From NCBI GenBank assembly GCA_965204745.1, contig OZ242010.1, forward strand, positions 3,136,001 through 3,200,000: a stretch of DNA of 64,000 nucleotides. Direction: 5' to 3'. The notes beneath the pieces were generated by a model. That model was not told the DNA's origin. It made no database searches and was given only the letters and a program-made list of their open reading frames with translations. Within the stretch, counting starts at the first letter, position 1. Every line of letters begins with the position of its first letter. Shown here piece after piece: positions 1-10,782 of the stretch. Source of the DNA: Candidatus Latescibacterota bacterium (GTDB lineage: Bacteria; Latescibacterota; UBA2968). The position numbers and the translations under genes were made by a program.

Positions 1-24
1 TTGATTTGCTCACGCTGTTAATAA

Positions 25-1464
25 GTGTCAACAGAAAGGTATCAGGCGCAGGTGAACAGACCGAATTTGATGCTGATTACAGCAGATGACATGAATTGGG
101 ATGCGGTGGGGGCGTTTGGGTGCCCCACAGCGGGGACGACGCCGAATATCGACCGCTTGGCCGCGGGGGGCTTGCGGTTTAATCACGGGCATGTGACGAT
201 AGCGGTGTGCCAACCGAGCCGATCCGCGCTGATGACCGGGCGGTATCCGCATGTGAGCGGCGGCGAGGGTTTTTATCGCTTGCGCTCTCCGGGCGTGCCC
301 ATTTTGCCGGATATTTTGCGCGGCGAGGGGTACGATGTGGGCATTTTGGGCAAGGTGCCCCATTCCACGCCTTATGAGGCGTTTCAGTGGGATATGGCGC
401 ACGATCAGACTGCGTTGGGGCAAGGGCGTAATCCCGAGGTGTATTACCGGTACGCCAAGCATTTTGTGCGGGATGCAATAGATGGCGGGCGTCCGTTTTT
501 TTTGATGGCAAATTCCCACGATCCGCACCGGCCGTTTTACGGCAATGACAAGGCCGAGTGGTATGGCGAACTCGATCCGCCTGCGGTTCCCCCGTCGCGC
601 GCGTTTGCGCCCGATGAGGTGGTGATCCCCGGGTTTTTACCGGATCTGCCAGAGGTGCGGTTGGAAATTGCCGAGTATTACAATTCGGTTCGCCGATGCG
701 ACGATACGGTGGGCCGATTGCTCGATGTGTTGGATGAGGCGGGCGTGGCGGAAAATACGCTGGTGATGTTTTTGTCGGATAATGGGATGGCCTTTCCGTT
801 TGCAAAGACAAATTGTTATTTGAACAGCACGCGCACGCCTTGGTTGGCGCGATGGCCGGCGGTTATTCGGGCCGGGCGCGTGGATGCCGCGCATTTTATT
901 TCTGGGATAGATTATTTGCCGACCGTGCTCGATGCGATTGGCGCGGCCGTCCCCGAAGGCGTCAATGGCGCGTCTCGGCTACCGGTGTTGCGCGGCGAGA
1001 CGCAGGCGGGATGCGAGCAGGTGTTCACGCAATTTCACCAGACGTCGGGGCGGCGCAATTACCCGATGCGATGCGTGCAAAATGCGCGGTTTGGGTATAT
1101 TTTTAATCCGTGGTCCGATGGCGAGCGGGAATTTCGCAATGAGTCCCAAAACGGGCGGTCGTGGCAGGCGATGCGAGAAGCCGAGGCCCATGATCCGCAG
1201 TTGGCCGCGCGAACCCACTTGTTCGCTTATCGCGTGCTAGAGGAGTTTTACGATTTTGAGAACGATCCCAACGCGCTGAATAATTTGATCGACGATCCCA
1301 ATTACGCCGATGAGATTCAGCGCATGCGAGACGCGCTCGAGGCCTGGATGGTGGCGGTCGATGATCCGGCACTTGGCGCGTTTCGCGGTCGCGCATCGCG
1401 GCGGGCATTGGACGAGTTGATGGACGAGTTGTCGGATACCATAGGGCAACGCACAAATGCGTAA
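25..1464 (+). CDS. Sulfatase (sulfamidase/N-sulfoglucosamine sulfohydrolase-like)
   Basis: RPNLMLITADD N-terminus, formylglycine motif CQPSRSALMTG, SHDPHRP, SDNG. Confidence 0.92.
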   Translation: MSTERYQAQVNRPNLMLITADDMNWDAVGAFGCPTAGTTPNIDRLAAGGLRFNHGHVTIAVCQPSRSALMTGRYPHVSGGEGFYRLRSPGVPILPDILRGEGYDVGILGKVPHSTPYEAFQWDMAHDQTALGQGRNPEVYYRYAKHFVRDAIDGGRPFFLMANSHDPHRPFYGNDKAEWYGELDPPAVPPSRAFAPDEVVIPGFLPDLPEVRLEIAEYYNSVRRCDDTVGRLLDVLDEAGVAENTLVMFLSDNGMAFPFAKTNCYLNSTRTPWLARWPAVIRAGRVDAAHFISGIDYLPTVLDAIGAAVPEGVNGASRLPVLRGETQAGCEQVFTQFHQTSGRRNYPMRCVQNARFGYIFNPWSDGEREFRNESQNGRSWQAMREAEAHDPQLAARTHLFAYRVLEEFYDFENDPNALNNLIDDPNYADEIQRMRDALEAWMVAVDDPALGAFRGRASRRALDELMDELSDTIGQRTNA

Positions 1465-1479
1465 CTCGTGGAGGGCGAG

Positions 1480-2448
1480 ATGGCGATTAAGATGGTGTTG
1501 CAACGGCGATTGGAAGATGAGTACATGCGGCAGATTCACGATTTGGGCGTGGAGACGGTGGTGGTGATGTCCGTGGCGGATGTGCCGCAGGTGATCGGGG
1601 ATGCCGATGCGTATTTTGGTGGGATGACGCCGGAGATTTTGAACGCGGGAAAGAAGTTGCGCTGGGTGCAGGCGACGAGTGCCGGGTTGGACGGGTACTA
1701 TTTTCCCGAGTTGCGCGAAAGCGAGTTGACGGTGACGAATATCCGCGGGATCTACAGCGATGTGATCGCGGATCACGTATTTGCGCTGGTGATGGCGTTT
1801 GCGCGCGGGTTGCATCACTATATCCGCAGGCAGTCGCAGGGGAAATGGGAGAAGGGCGCGCCGGTGATTCACCTCGCGGGCACGACGCTGGGCGTGGTGG
1901 GGTTGGGCGGCATTGGACTGGCGGTTGCCGAGCGCGGGCCCGCGGTTGGGATGCGCGTGATCGGGATGGACCCCGCGCCGAAGGGGAAGCCGGATTTTAT
2001 CGCGCGCATTTATTCCCCGGATGAACTCGCGGAGATGGTCGCGGTGTCGGATTTTGTGGTGATTTGCGTGCCGCACACGGCCGAGACCGAGGGGTTGTTC
2101 GACGCGGCGATGTTTGGGGCGATGAAGGATACGGGGATTTTGATCAATATCGGGCGCGGCAAGGTGGTCAAATTGCAGGCATTGACCGAAGCCTTGCAGC
2201 GAGGGCAGATCGGCGGCGCGGGTCTCGACGTGTACGAGGAAGAGCCCTTGCCGGCAGGTCACGCCCTGTGGTCCATAGAGAACGCGATTTTGACCCCGCA
2301 TGTGGCGGGTATTTCGCCGGAGATCGACAAGCGCAGAAAAGCCCTGATCGTGGAAAATGTGCGGCGGTTCTGCGCGGGTGAGCCGCTGTTGAATGTGGTG
2401 GACAATCAGAAGGGATACGTGGTGGATGCCGCGTCGATTTGGAAGTAG
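1480..2448 (+). CDS. D-2-hydroxyacid dehydrogenase
   Basis: GVVGLGGIG Rossmann motif, INIGRG, LDVYEEEPL, TPHVAG; ATG 1480 after GGAGG. Confidence 0.92.
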   Translation: MAIKMVLQRRLEDEYMRQIHDLGVETVVVMSVADVPQVIGDADAYFGGMTPEILNAGKKLRWVQATSAGLDGYYFPELRESELTVTNIRGIYSDVIADHVFALVMAFARGLHHYIRRQSQGKWEKGAPVIHLAGTTLGVVGLGGIGLAVAERGPAVGMRVIGMDPAPKGKPDFIARIYSPDELAEMVAVSDFVVICVPHTAETEGLFDAAMFGAMKDTGILINIGRGKVVKLQALTEALQRGQIGGAGLDVYEEEPLPAGHALWSIENAILTPHVAGISPEIDKRRKALIVENVRRFCAGEPLLNVVDNQKGYVVDAASIWK

Positions 2449-2464
2449 TCGCAGGAGGTTGGCG

Positions 2465-3169
2465 ATGAAAGTCATCCCATTCGCTTTTCTGTTGAGCTTG
2501 GCCTTTGTGGCCGATGCGGGGATCGATACGATCTCCTATCCCACAGAGGTTTTCTCGACCGACGTCGCCTTTCCCGTGCAGGAAGTCATCGACGGGGATA
2601 CGGCTGTGATTCTGTACGATGGCGCGCCGACGACTGTCAGGCTCATCGGGGTGGATACGCCCGAGACGATGCACCCGACAAAGCCCATCGAGGCGTTCGG
2701 CAAAGAGGCATCGGCGTTCACCCGAAATCTCCTCCTCGGCGAGTCCGTCTATCTGCGATTCGACGATCAAAGGACGGACAAGTACGACCGCTTGTTGGCG
2801 TATTTCTACCGGGCGCCCGATGGGCTGTTCGTGAATCTCGAGATCGTGCGGCAGGGGTACGGCCATGCTTATACGCGGTTTCCGTTTAAGTATATGCAGT
2901 TGTTTCAGCATTACGAACGCCAAGCCCGCGACGCGGGAAAGGGACTGTGGGACGGGACGACTGCCAGCCGGTCGACCCTCGCTTCTAAACAACAACAGCC
3001 GGACCGGAAGGAGGCGGTTAATGATGAGATGGAGGTTTATACCACGATCTCGGGAACGAAATACCATCTCAAAGGCTGTGGGCATTTGCGGAGAAGCCAG
3101 AAGGCCATCTCATTAAAAGATGCGCGGAAACGCTACGCGCCGTGTTCGGTTTGCAAGCCGCCAAAATGA
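2465..3169 (+). CDS. Secreted thermonuclease (SNase) with C-terminal Zn-binding tail
   Basis: Signal peptide, VIDGDT, VRLIGVDTPE, DKYDRLLAY, GKGLW; tail YHLKGC...PCSVCKP; ATG after AGGAGG. Confidence 0.9.
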   Translation: MKVIPFAFLLSLAFVADAGIDTISYPTEVFSTDVAFPVQEVIDGDTAVILYDGAPTTVRLIGVDTPETMHPTKPIEAFGKEASAFTRNLLLGESVYLRFDDQRTDKYDRLLAYFYRAPDGLFVNLEIVRQGYGHAYTRFPFKYMQLFQHYERQARDAGKGLWDGTTASRSTLASKQQQPDRKEAVNDEMEVYTTISGTKYHLKGCGHLRRSQKAISLKDARKRYAPCSVCKPPK

Positions 3170-3178
3170 GGACTAGCT

Positions 3179-4297
3179 ATGAAAATTACCGATGTGAAGA
3201 CGTATTTGGTGAATGCCAACGCCGAGGGGGTGACGAGAACGTCCCGGCCGCGAGGGCGAAACTGGTTGTTCGTGAAGGTGTTCACGGATGAGGGCGTGAC
3301 CGGGGTGGGCGAAGGTGGGGGTTGGCCCTTTCTCGTGGCGCGGGCGATTGAGGAGATGAAGTATTTTGCGATTGGGGAAAATCCGTTTGAGATCGAGCGG
3401 TTGTGGTTGCGGCTCTACGATATTTTGCACGCGCACGGGGTAACGGGGGCCGTGCGCGGCGGGCTGATCAGCGCGATTGATTGCGCGTTGTGGGACATCA
3501 AGGGCAAAGTGTTGGGCGTTCCGGTGTGGGAGTTGCTCGGCGGCAAGATGCGCGATGCAATTCCGGTCTATGGGCATGCGAGTACGCCCGAGGCCGCCGA
3601 GAACTTGGTGGATCGCGGGTACCGGTTTTTCAAGTGCGGACCACGCATTGAGACGCTTAAAACGCTACGCGATGCTGTCGGATACGAGGTCGAGATCGGC
3701 GTGCATTGCCACGCGGAGTTCACCCCTGCGGCGGCGATTCAACTCGGGCGCGGGTGCGAACCCTATCGCCCGATGTTTTTGGAAGACCCGGTGGTGCCAG
3801 AGAACGTCGAGGCATTTGCCAAGGTGGCGGATAAGATCGGCATTCCGCTGGCGACGGGCGAGCGGTTTGCGACCAAGTGGGCGTTTGCGGAGTTGTTGGC
3901 GCGCAATCTGGTGGATATCGTGCAGCCCGAGACCACGCGGTTGGGGGGGATTACGGAACTGAAGAAGCTGGCCGCAATGGCCGAGGCGCAGTCGGTCACC
4001 GTGGCGCCGCACGACGGGTCGGTGGGGCCGATTATCGAAATGGCGAATGTGCACGTGCTGGCGAGCATTCCCAACTGCATTTTTTTGGAGCATCAGGCCA
4101 ATGACGTGCCGTGGCGGTTGGATGTGGCGCCGGGCGCGATGCCCGAAGCGAATGGAAAAATCGAAATTCCGACTGCGCCGGGCCTGGGCGTGGATATCGA
4201 CGAGAAGGTGGCGGCGGCGCATCCGATTGCGGAGGTCGGCGCGTATGACTACAGCCACCGCCCGCCCGAGGAAATTCAGGTGTCGTTTGTGCGGTGA
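3179..4297 (+). CDS. Mandelate racemase/galactonate dehydratase (enolase superfamily)
   Basis: MKITDVK, TDEGVTGVGE, SAIDCALWDIKGK, LATGER, PTAPGLG. Confidence 0.9.
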   Translation: MKITDVKTYLVNANAEGVTRTSRPRGRNWLFVKVFTDEGVTGVGEGGGWPFLVARAIEEMKYFAIGENPFEIERLWLRLYDILHAHGVTGAVRGGLISAIDCALWDIKGKVLGVPVWELLGGKMRDAIPVYGHASTPEAAENLVDRGYRFFKCGPRIETLKTLRDAVGYEVEIGVHCHAEFTPAAAIQLGRGCEPYRPMFLEDPVVPENVEAFAKVADKIGIPLATGERFATKWAFAELLARNLVDIVQPETTRLGGITELKKLAAMAEAQSVTVAPHDGSVGPIIEMANVHVLASIPNCIFLEHQANDVPWRLDVAPGAMPEANGKIEIPTAPGLGVDIDEKVAAAHPIAEVGAYDYSHRPPEEIQVSFVR

Positions 4298-4342
4298 ACG
4301 AGGGACAGGTTGCGTTTAACCCGTATTTGATGAGGAGGGAAG

Positions 4343-5350
4343 ATGGCGCGTTTTAAGGCCGGTGTGATTGGTTGTGGGGGTCGCGGAAAAGCGCATGCGC
4401 GTGGCTGGACCGCGGCTGACGATGTGGCGCTGGTGGCGTGTGCAGATCCGTTTGAGGCGCCGCGGTTGGCGTATATGGAGGAATTTGGCGTTGAAAATGG
4501 GTACGGAGACTACCGCGCCATGCTGGAGAAAGAGGACTTGGATTTTGTGAGCGTGTGTACTTGGACCGGGTTGCATCACGATATGATTGTGGCTGCGGCG
4601 GGCAGTGGGATTTTGGGGATTCACGCCGAGAAACCCATGGCGCCCACATGGGGAGAGGCGAAGTCCCTGTATCAGGCGTGCGTGGATAACGATGTGGCGA
4701 TTGCGTTTTGCCATCAGAGGCGATTTGCCGGGCAGTTTGTAAAGGCCAAGGAGATCGCAAAGTCCGGCGCGATTGGCGAGTTGCGACGCTTTGAGGGCAA
4801 CTGCCCAAATATGTTCGATTGGGGCACGCACTGGTTTGATATGTTTTTCTTTTACAACGACGATGAACCCGCGGAGTGGGTGATCGGGCAAATTGACGCG
4901 GAAGGCGGGCGCGAGGTTTTTGGAACGCCGGTGGAAGGCAGTGGGATTTCGTGGATTCGGTATCGCAATGGGCGCGAGGGGTTGTTGGCAACCGGCGGCA
5001 CGGGCATGCAGGGCGTTCAGAATCGGTTGATCGGGAGCGAGGGGATCATCGAGATCGGCGGGCGCAATCGACCTCCCCTGCGCGTCGTGTCTAGCACGCG
5101 ACAAGTCGATGTGGATCTCAGCGGCACGATGAGTCAGCGCGATGCGACGACCGCGGCGGTGCTGGACTTGGTCGATGCGGTGAAGAACGGCCGCGAACCC
5201 GAATTGGCAGGGCGCAAGGCTTTGCGAGCAACGGAGTTGATTTTTGCAACATACCAGTCGAGCCGGTGTCGCGGCCGGGTTCAGTTGCCCCTGGAGGTGG
5301 ATGATTCGGCACTGTTGAGTATGCTGGCGGACGGGACGGTTAAATTGTGA
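4343..5350 (+). CDS. Gfo/Idh/MocA oxidoreductase
   Basis: GVIGCGGRG, AEKPMA, DWGTHWFD. Confidence 0.9.
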   Translation: MARFKAGVIGCGGRGKAHARGWTAADDVALVACADPFEAPRLAYMEEFGVENGYGDYRAMLEKEDLDFVSVCTWTGLHHDMIVAAAGSGILGIHAEKPMAPTWGEAKSLYQACVDNDVAIAFCHQRRFAGQFVKAKEIAKSGAIGELRRFEGNCPNMFDWGTHWFDMFFFYNDDEPAEWVIGQIDAEGGREVFGTPVEGSGISWIRYRNGREGLLATGGTGMQGVQNRLIGSEGIIEIGGRNRPPLRVVSSTRQVDVDLSGTMSQRDATTAAVLDLVDAVKNGREPELAGRKALRATELIFATYQSSRCRGRVQLPLEVDDSALLSMLADGTVKL

Positions 5351-5406
5351 GACTCGAGAGGAGAGATGGTCACCCTGCCCTTTCCCGTCTGCCCTCTTGC
5401 GTCTTT

Positions 5407-6084
5407 TCACGCCTTTACGTTTTCCGTGACCACATGGCCGTCGAACAGGTGGATGATGCGATGGGCGTAGCTGGCGTCGTGGGCGTTGTGCGTGACCATG
5501 ACGATGGTCGTGCCGTTTTTGTTCAACTCCGTCAACAAGTCCATCACCTCATTGCCATTTGTCGAGTCCAAGTTGCCGGTCGGCTCGTCGGCGAGGATGA
5601 TGTTGGGATTTGAAATGACGGCGCGCGCCACGGCCACGCGCTGTTGCTGACCGCCTGACAACTGCTGCGGAAAGTGCTTTTCGCGGTGCTTGATGCCCAT
5701 GTATTCCAGCGATTCGTCCAAGCGTTTTTTGCGCTCGCTTGATGGCAGTCCCATGTACAACAGGGGCAATTCCACGTTTTCGGCGACGGTCAGTTCGTCG
5801 ATCAGGTTGAAACTCTGAAACACGAAGCCGATGTTTTCCTTGCGGGTGTTGGCGCGCTGCCGTTCGGTGTGTTTAGACACCTCGCTATCGTTCAAATAGT
5901 ACTCCCCACCCGTCGGGTTATCCAACAACCCGAGCACGTTCAAGAGCGTGGATTTGCCGCAACCGGACGGCCCCATAATGGCGACAAATTCACCCTCGTT
6001 GATCTCCAAATTGACGTTGTTCAGCGCGGTCGTTTCCACTTCCTCTGTGGTATAGACTTTTTGGAGACTGACGGTTTTGATCAT
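5407..6084 (-). CDS. ABC transporter ATP-binding protein (MacB/LolD type)
   Basis: GPSGCGKST, LSGGQQQRVA, ILADEPTGNLD. Confidence 0.95.
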   Translation of the reverse strand: MIKTVSLQKVYTTEEVETTALNNVNLEINEGEFVAIMGPSGCGKSTLLNVLGLLDNPTGGEYYLNDSEVSKHTERQRANTRKENIGFVFQSFNLIDELTVAENVELPLLYMGLPSSERKKRLDESLEYMGIKHREKHFPQQLSGGQQQRVAVARAVISNPNIILADEPTGNLDSTNGNEVMDLLTELNKNGTTIVMVTHNAHDASYAHRIIHLFDGHVVTENVKA

Positions 6085-6114
6085 GGCGAAACTCCTTTCA
6101 AAAGGTGAGACGTG

Positions 6115-7476
6115 TTACCTCTTCAACACCAATTTGTCTATCTCTTCGTAATTCTCATACGACGAAGTCACCACGCGGTCACCGGGAGATAGGCCGGAGA
6201 GGACTTCGAAATACTCTGGGCTTTGGCGGCCAATACGCACGTCGCGGCGCACGGCATTGTCGCCTTCAACCACAAATACCCAGTTGCCACCCGTGGTTTG
6301 GTAAAAACCACCGCGTGCCAGCAGAAGGGCTTCTTCGGGCGCGTCGAGTTCCAAGCGGATTTGCTCGGTTTGGCCGCGGCGAATACTCCTGGGGGTCTCG
6401 TTCACAAAATCCATATCGACTTCAAATTGCCCCTCGACGACTTCGGGAAAGACCCGGCGGATTTTGAGCTCGTAAATCTCATCGCCGATCTCAATCGTGC
6501 CTTTGAGGCCCCTGGTGATGCGCGTGATGTAAAATTCATCGATGCCCACGCGCAACTTGTAAGCATCCAAAACATCCACCTGACCGATGCGCCTGCCCTT
6601 GTTCATCAACTGGCCGATCTCGACGTTGAGTTGCGACAGCTGCCCTTTGATGGGCGCGCGCACGACCAGATTTTGTAGTGGGCGGCGCACGTCGTCCAAT
6701 TGCCGCTGCAAACTGCGCGCGCGCGTGTCGAGTGCCGCGAGTTGGTTGATGCGATACAGGGAATCCTGCCGCACGGTTTCCAGCATGAAGGTCTTGCGCT
6801 TTTGGTCGTTTTGGTATCGGTCGCGCGCGCTTTCAAAATTGTCTTGGGAGCCCAGCCCGCGTTCAAATAAAATTTTTTGTTTTTCGTATTGGCGTTCGGT
6901 TTCCCGCAAAGCCAGTTCCACGCGCATCAGTTCTTGGCGGTTGCGAATGGCTTGAGACGCCAAGTTCAACCGCGTGTTTTCCATGTTGTTGATCTGCTCG
7001 AACAAGCGGGCTTCTTGGGTCAAGATAGTCTGCTCCAACGTCGGATTGGACAACTGCAAAATGGGCGTGCCTTTCTCGACAATCGCGCCTTCTTCCAAGA
7101 AAATCTCCCTGACCTGCCCGCCTTCGAGCGCGTCGATATAATGCGTTTGAATGGGCAACACAGTGCCGCGCTGGACGATGAACTCCTGAAACGGCCCGCG
7201 CGTGACGTCTGAAATGGTGATCCGCTCGACCTGCACGTTGAGTTTCGCGCTGTGGTCCCCAAAGACCGCCATATACGCCACGGCGATCACAAATGCGGCA
7301 GCCGCGCCGATGCTCGCAACGCGCTTTGGGGTCCACATCTTTTTTTCGAGTTTGCGATCCATGCCCTCGATGATCGGTTCCGATTCCGGCGATGCAGAAC
7401 CGCCGCCCACAAAACTGGGCACGGTTTTTTTTCGCTGAGGGGCGTCGGGCTTTTGTTCGAGCTTTTGCATGTTCAT
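6115..7476 (-). CDS. Efflux periplasmic adaptor (HlyD/MacA family)
   Basis: N-terminal TM anchor, lipoyl halves (GGQVREIF, VRAPIKGQL), coiled coil, GLSPGDRVV. Confidence 0.9.
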   Translation of the reverse strand: MNMQKLEQKPDAPQRKKTVPSFVGGGSASPESEPIIEGMDRKLEKKMWTPKRVASIGAAAAFVIAVAYMAVFGDHSAKLNVQVERITISDVTRGPFQEFIVQRGTVLPIQTHYIDALEGGQVREIFLEEGAIVEKGTPILQLSNPTLEQTILTQEARLFEQINNMENTRLNLASQAIRNRQELMRVELALRETERQYEKQKILFERGLGSQDNFESARDRYQNDQKRKTFMLETVRQDSLYRINQLAALDTRARSLQRQLDDVRRPLQNLVVRAPIKGQLSQLNVEIGQLMNKGRRIGQVDVLDAYKLRVGIDEFYITRITRGLKGTIEIGDEIYELKIRRVFPEVVEGQFEVDMDFVNETPRSIRRGQTEQIRLELDAPEEALLLARGGFYQTTGGNWVFVVEGDNAVRRDVRIGRQSPEYFEVLSGLSPGDRVVTSSYENYEEIDKLVLKR

Positions 7477-7542
7477 ATCCTCGGTTTGGGTTTGGACTTC
7501 GCGAAAAAGAAAATAGGCATTCTTTGCAAAATATCAAATCGC

Positions 7543-9960
7543 TTATTCATACCGCAACGCATCTACGGGATTGCGGCGGGCGTCTTTCAGGGTTTGGATA
7601 TTCACGGTGAGCAGTGCGACCAACAGGGTCAGGATGCCCGCGATGGCAAAGACGCCCGCGCCCAGTTCGATGCGATACGCGAAATTGGTCAACCATCTGT
7701 CCATCATCCAATAGGCAACGGGCCAAGCAATGACATTGGCGACCAACGGCAATTTGATGAAATTTTTGGACAACGACCACATCACCTGGCTCGCTGACGC
7801 GCCGAGCACCTTCCGAATCCCGATCTCCTTTGTCCTTCGCGCAACCGACAACGATGCCAGCCCAAACAATCCCAAACACGAAAGCGCGACTGCCATGAGG
7901 GCCGAATAGATCAACACGCGAAACCAATAGACCTCATTGGCGTATTGCCGGTTCAGGCGTTCATCGAGAAACGCGAATTCAAAAGGCTCGTTGGGGGCCA
8001 CGCGTTTCCAAGTGCTTTTGAGCAGCTCAACGGTTTCAAATACGTGCCCGGGGCGGATGCGAACCAACACGGATGGGGCGGTTGTGTACTTTTCCAGCAC
8101 CAAGGCCAGGGGCATAATTTGTTTGTGCAGTGAGTCCAGGTGAAAATCGCGCACCACGCCAATAATCGCGGGGTCTTTAATGCCTTGCCGACTGTGGCCC
8201 GCATTCCAAACAAAGCCGGTCAGGGTTTTCCCCACTGGGTTCTCGATGCCCAACTGCTTTGCCATCGTCTCATTGATCGCGATAGCTTGGGTCAAATCTG
8301 CCGGACGGTCTTTTGAAAAATCTCGCCCAGCGAGGAGTGAAATCTCCAAAGTAGATAGATAATCGACATCGATGCCAATTACCCCGAAGGCGATCTTCCG
8401 CCCGTCGGGCAAGGTGTGATGTCTCCGCGAGTAAGAACCCGTGAACGGGCGGTCCGTAACGGCGACCCCCGCGATTCGCGCGTCGTTGGCAATGGCCTGC
8501 TTATAGGGTCTAACTGTCTGCCGAGTTGCCTGAACGATGGCGACATGCGATTTGTTAAAGCCCAAGTTTTTGTTCCGCACGTAATTTTGTTGTTGAATCA
8601 TCACGCCCGCGCCGATGATCAGGGCGATAGATGCGGCGTATTGCAAAATGATCAAGGTGCGCGTGAGCGGGTTGCGCCCGCCAATGCGCGCTTCCCCTTT
8701 CATGGCAGAAATGGGTTGAAACCGCGACAAGACCCAGGCGGGATAACTGCCGGCGATGAGCCCGACAGCGCCGAACAAGACCAGCAAAATCCACCCGTCT
8801 TCAAAATACGCAAAGGTCAACTCTCGATGTACAAATTCGTTGAACACGGGCAAAAGCACTTCGGCAAATGAGGCCCCCAAGAACAGGCTCAAAAAGCTCA
8901 GCAGCAGGGTTTCTAGCCAAAACTGCACGATGAGTTGCTCGCGTTTGGCCCCCATCACCTTCCGCAACCCCACTTCCATAGCCCTGTCGGAAGACTCTGC
9001 GACCGACAAGGAGATGAAGTTGCAGCAAGCGATGAGCAGGATCAGCCACGCCAGCCCGCCCAAAGTATAAACCCCCGTTGGGTTGGCCTGTGGGCCGTAG
9101 TGATTGGGAATGTCCGTGTTCCAGTACACATCCATCATGGGTTGCAGGACAAAGTTGAACGGTTTGTTCTCGTTCACTATCTCTTCTCGCAACTTCTCTT
9201 TTTTGGGCCAATGATCGAGGGCTTCGAGCACGCGAGACGCAGTTGTAGCGGTTGTTTGGACATAGACCCAGGCACGCACGCCGCGATGGCCTCTGGCAAG
9301 CGCGAAGCCTTTTTCGGCTTTTGTCGAAACCAACGCGTCGAATTGAAGGCTCGAGGTCGTCGGGACATCTGCCATGACCCCGGTTACGACAAACCGATTG
9401 GGCTGGCTTTTATTTATCGTTAGCACCTGTCCGATTAGCGCGGCGTAATCCGGCATCTCGCCAAAAAATTTGTGGGCGGTCGTTTGCGCGATCACCATGC
9501 CATCGGGGCGGTTGAGCGCCGTTTGGGGATTTCCGGCCAGCAGTGGAAACGAGAACACATCGAAAAAATTCGCGCTCACAATCCCGATGGTCTGATCGAA
9601 CGTCTTCTCGCCCATCGCGATTTTGCTCCCGTAACCACTGCCTACAGTTCGCATAAATGCACAGGCTTGCACGACACTCGGGATATCATTTTTCACGTCA
9701 TCGACGAGCGAAAGCGGAAACATCGTATCCCAAATGTTCATTGGAATGACCTGCCCATCGGGTTGCACCCGTTGCATCGCCAGCCGGAACAACTGGTCGC
9801 GCTTCTCGTGAAACTGGTCGCGTGACCATTCGTGTTTGACGAACAACGTCATCAAGATACAACACGCAAGCCCCAAGCCGAGGCCAAACACGTTGATAAA
9901 CGCATAGCGTTTCTTTCGCATCATATTGCGAATCGCGGATGTCAGATAGCTCCTCAACAT
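7543..9960 (-). CDS. MacB/FtsX-type ABC permease with duplicated domains
   Basis: INVFGLGLGLAC, EVGLRKVMGA, RTKEIGIRKVLGAS, NPVDALRYE. Confidence 0.93.
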   Translation of the reverse strand: MLRSYLTSAIRNMMRKKRYAFINVFGLGLGLACCILMTLFVKHEWSRDQFHEKRDQLFRLAMQRVQPDGQVIPMNIWDTMFPLSLVDDVKNDIPSVVQACAFMRTVGSGYGSKIAMGEKTFDQTIGIVSANFFDVFSFPLLAGNPQTALNRPDGMVIAQTTAHKFFGEMPDYAALIGQVLTINKSQPNRFVVTGVMADVPTTSSLQFDALVSTKAEKGFALARGHRGVRAWVYVQTTATTASRVLEALDHWPKKEKLREEIVNENKPFNFVLQPMMDVYWNTDIPNHYGPQANPTGVYTLGGLAWLILLIACCNFISLSVAESSDRAMEVGLRKVMGAKREQLIVQFWLETLLLSFLSLFLGASFAEVLLPVFNEFVHRELTFAYFEDGWILLVLFGAVGLIAGSYPAWVLSRFQPISAMKGEARIGGRNPLTRTLIILQYAASIALIIGAGVMIQQQNYVRNKNLGFNKSHVAIVQATRQTVRPYKQAIANDARIAGVAVTDRPFTGSYSRRHHTLPDGRKIAFGVIGIDVDYLSTLEISLLAGRDFSKDRPADLTQAIAINETMAKQLGIENPVGKTLTGFVWNAGHSRQGIKDPAIIGVVRDFHLDSLHKQIMPLALVLEKYTTAPSVLVRIRPGHVFETVELLKSTWKRVAPNEPFEFAFLDERLNRQYANEVYWFRVLIYSALMAVALSCLGLFGLASLSVARRTKEIGIRKVLGASASQVMWSLSKNFIKLPLVANVIAWPVAYWMMDRWLTNFAYRIELGAGVFAIAGILTLLVALLTVNIQTLKDARRNPVDALRYE

Positions 9961-10039
9961 CGTTCTGCTCCTCTCTCGGTTTCCCGTCTTCCCTCTCCCC
10001 TCTTCCCTCTTACCGAAGGGGGTTGGGCGGGGCGGAGAC

Positions 10040-10594
10040 CTAATCCTGATTTTCCAACGCGCGTTTCAACTGGTGCCGCCCGCGATAGAGCCAGATTTTC
10101 ACTGTGCCGATGGGCACTTGCATCTCCTGCACGATTTCCCGATACGACAAATCTTTCATATACCGGAGCCACAGGGCGCGTTGTTGCGCTTTGGGCAAGG
10201 TGTCCAAGCCTTGGGTCAAGCGTTGGCGACGTTCTCGTTTCATGATGCGATCTTCGGGCGTTGCGAATGGAATCGGTTCGGGCATTTGTTGCGCCACGGT
10301 TGCCATGCCATTTTGCTGCGATTGCCGCGAGCGCAGATGCGAGCGTCCGACATTGAACGCGATGCGGGTCAGCCATGTCGTAAAAGCCGATTCGCCGCGA
10401 AACAGGCGCAAGCCCTGAAAGACCTTCATAAACACGATTTGCGTCAAATCTTCGGCTTCGTCTCGGTTCTGCACATATCGCCTGACAATGGCGCGCACGC
10501 GATTTTGGTGCAAACGGTAAAGCCTGTCAAACGCGCTTTTGTCGCCGGCTTTTATCATGTCGATCAACTGCACATCGCTTTCCAAACGGGACAC
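10040..10594 (-). CDS. ECF RNA polymerase sigma-70 factor
   Basis: AEDLTQIVF, FTTWLTRIAFN, SYREI...PIGTVKIWLYRGR; likely GTG start 10594 after GAGG. Confidence 0.9.
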   Translation of the reverse strand: MSRLESDVQLIDMIKAGDKSAFDRLYRLHQNRVRAIVRRYVQNRDEAEDLTQIVFMKVFQGLRLFRGESAFTTWLTRIAFNVGRSHLRSRQSQQNGMATVAQQMPEPIPFATPEDRIMKRERRQRLTQGLDTLPKAQQRALWLRYMKDLSYREIVQEMQVPIGTVKIWLYRGRHQLKRALENQD

Positions 10595-10655
10595 GGGGAC
10601 CTCACTTTGTTTTGGGAAATCACACAACGGACTGCACCCGGTTGCAAATTCTATA

Positions 10656-10672
10656 TGCAATAACCGTGCCAA
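10656..10672 (-). promoter_or_regulatory. Sigma-54 (-24/-12) promoter upstream of the ECF sigma gene
   Basis: Minus strand TTGGCACGGTTATTGCA = consensus TGGCACG-N4-TTGCW. Confidence 0.8.
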
Positions 10673-10745
10673 AAATAGGTAAAAAATCAAATGATGAAAT
10701 AACAAGGAGTTACGAAAAACCACCTGAAACCATCCGCTTGGAAAG

Positions 10746-10782
10746 TGTCCGATTATGAGACAGTGGTGTCCGAAAATGAACA
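10746..10782. promoter_or_regulatory. Tandem imperfect palindromes, putative enhancer-binding-protein UAS
   Basis: TGTCCGATTATGAGACA and TGTCCGAAAATGAACA, 21 bp apart, ~75-110 bp upstream of the sigma54 site. Confidence 0.55.
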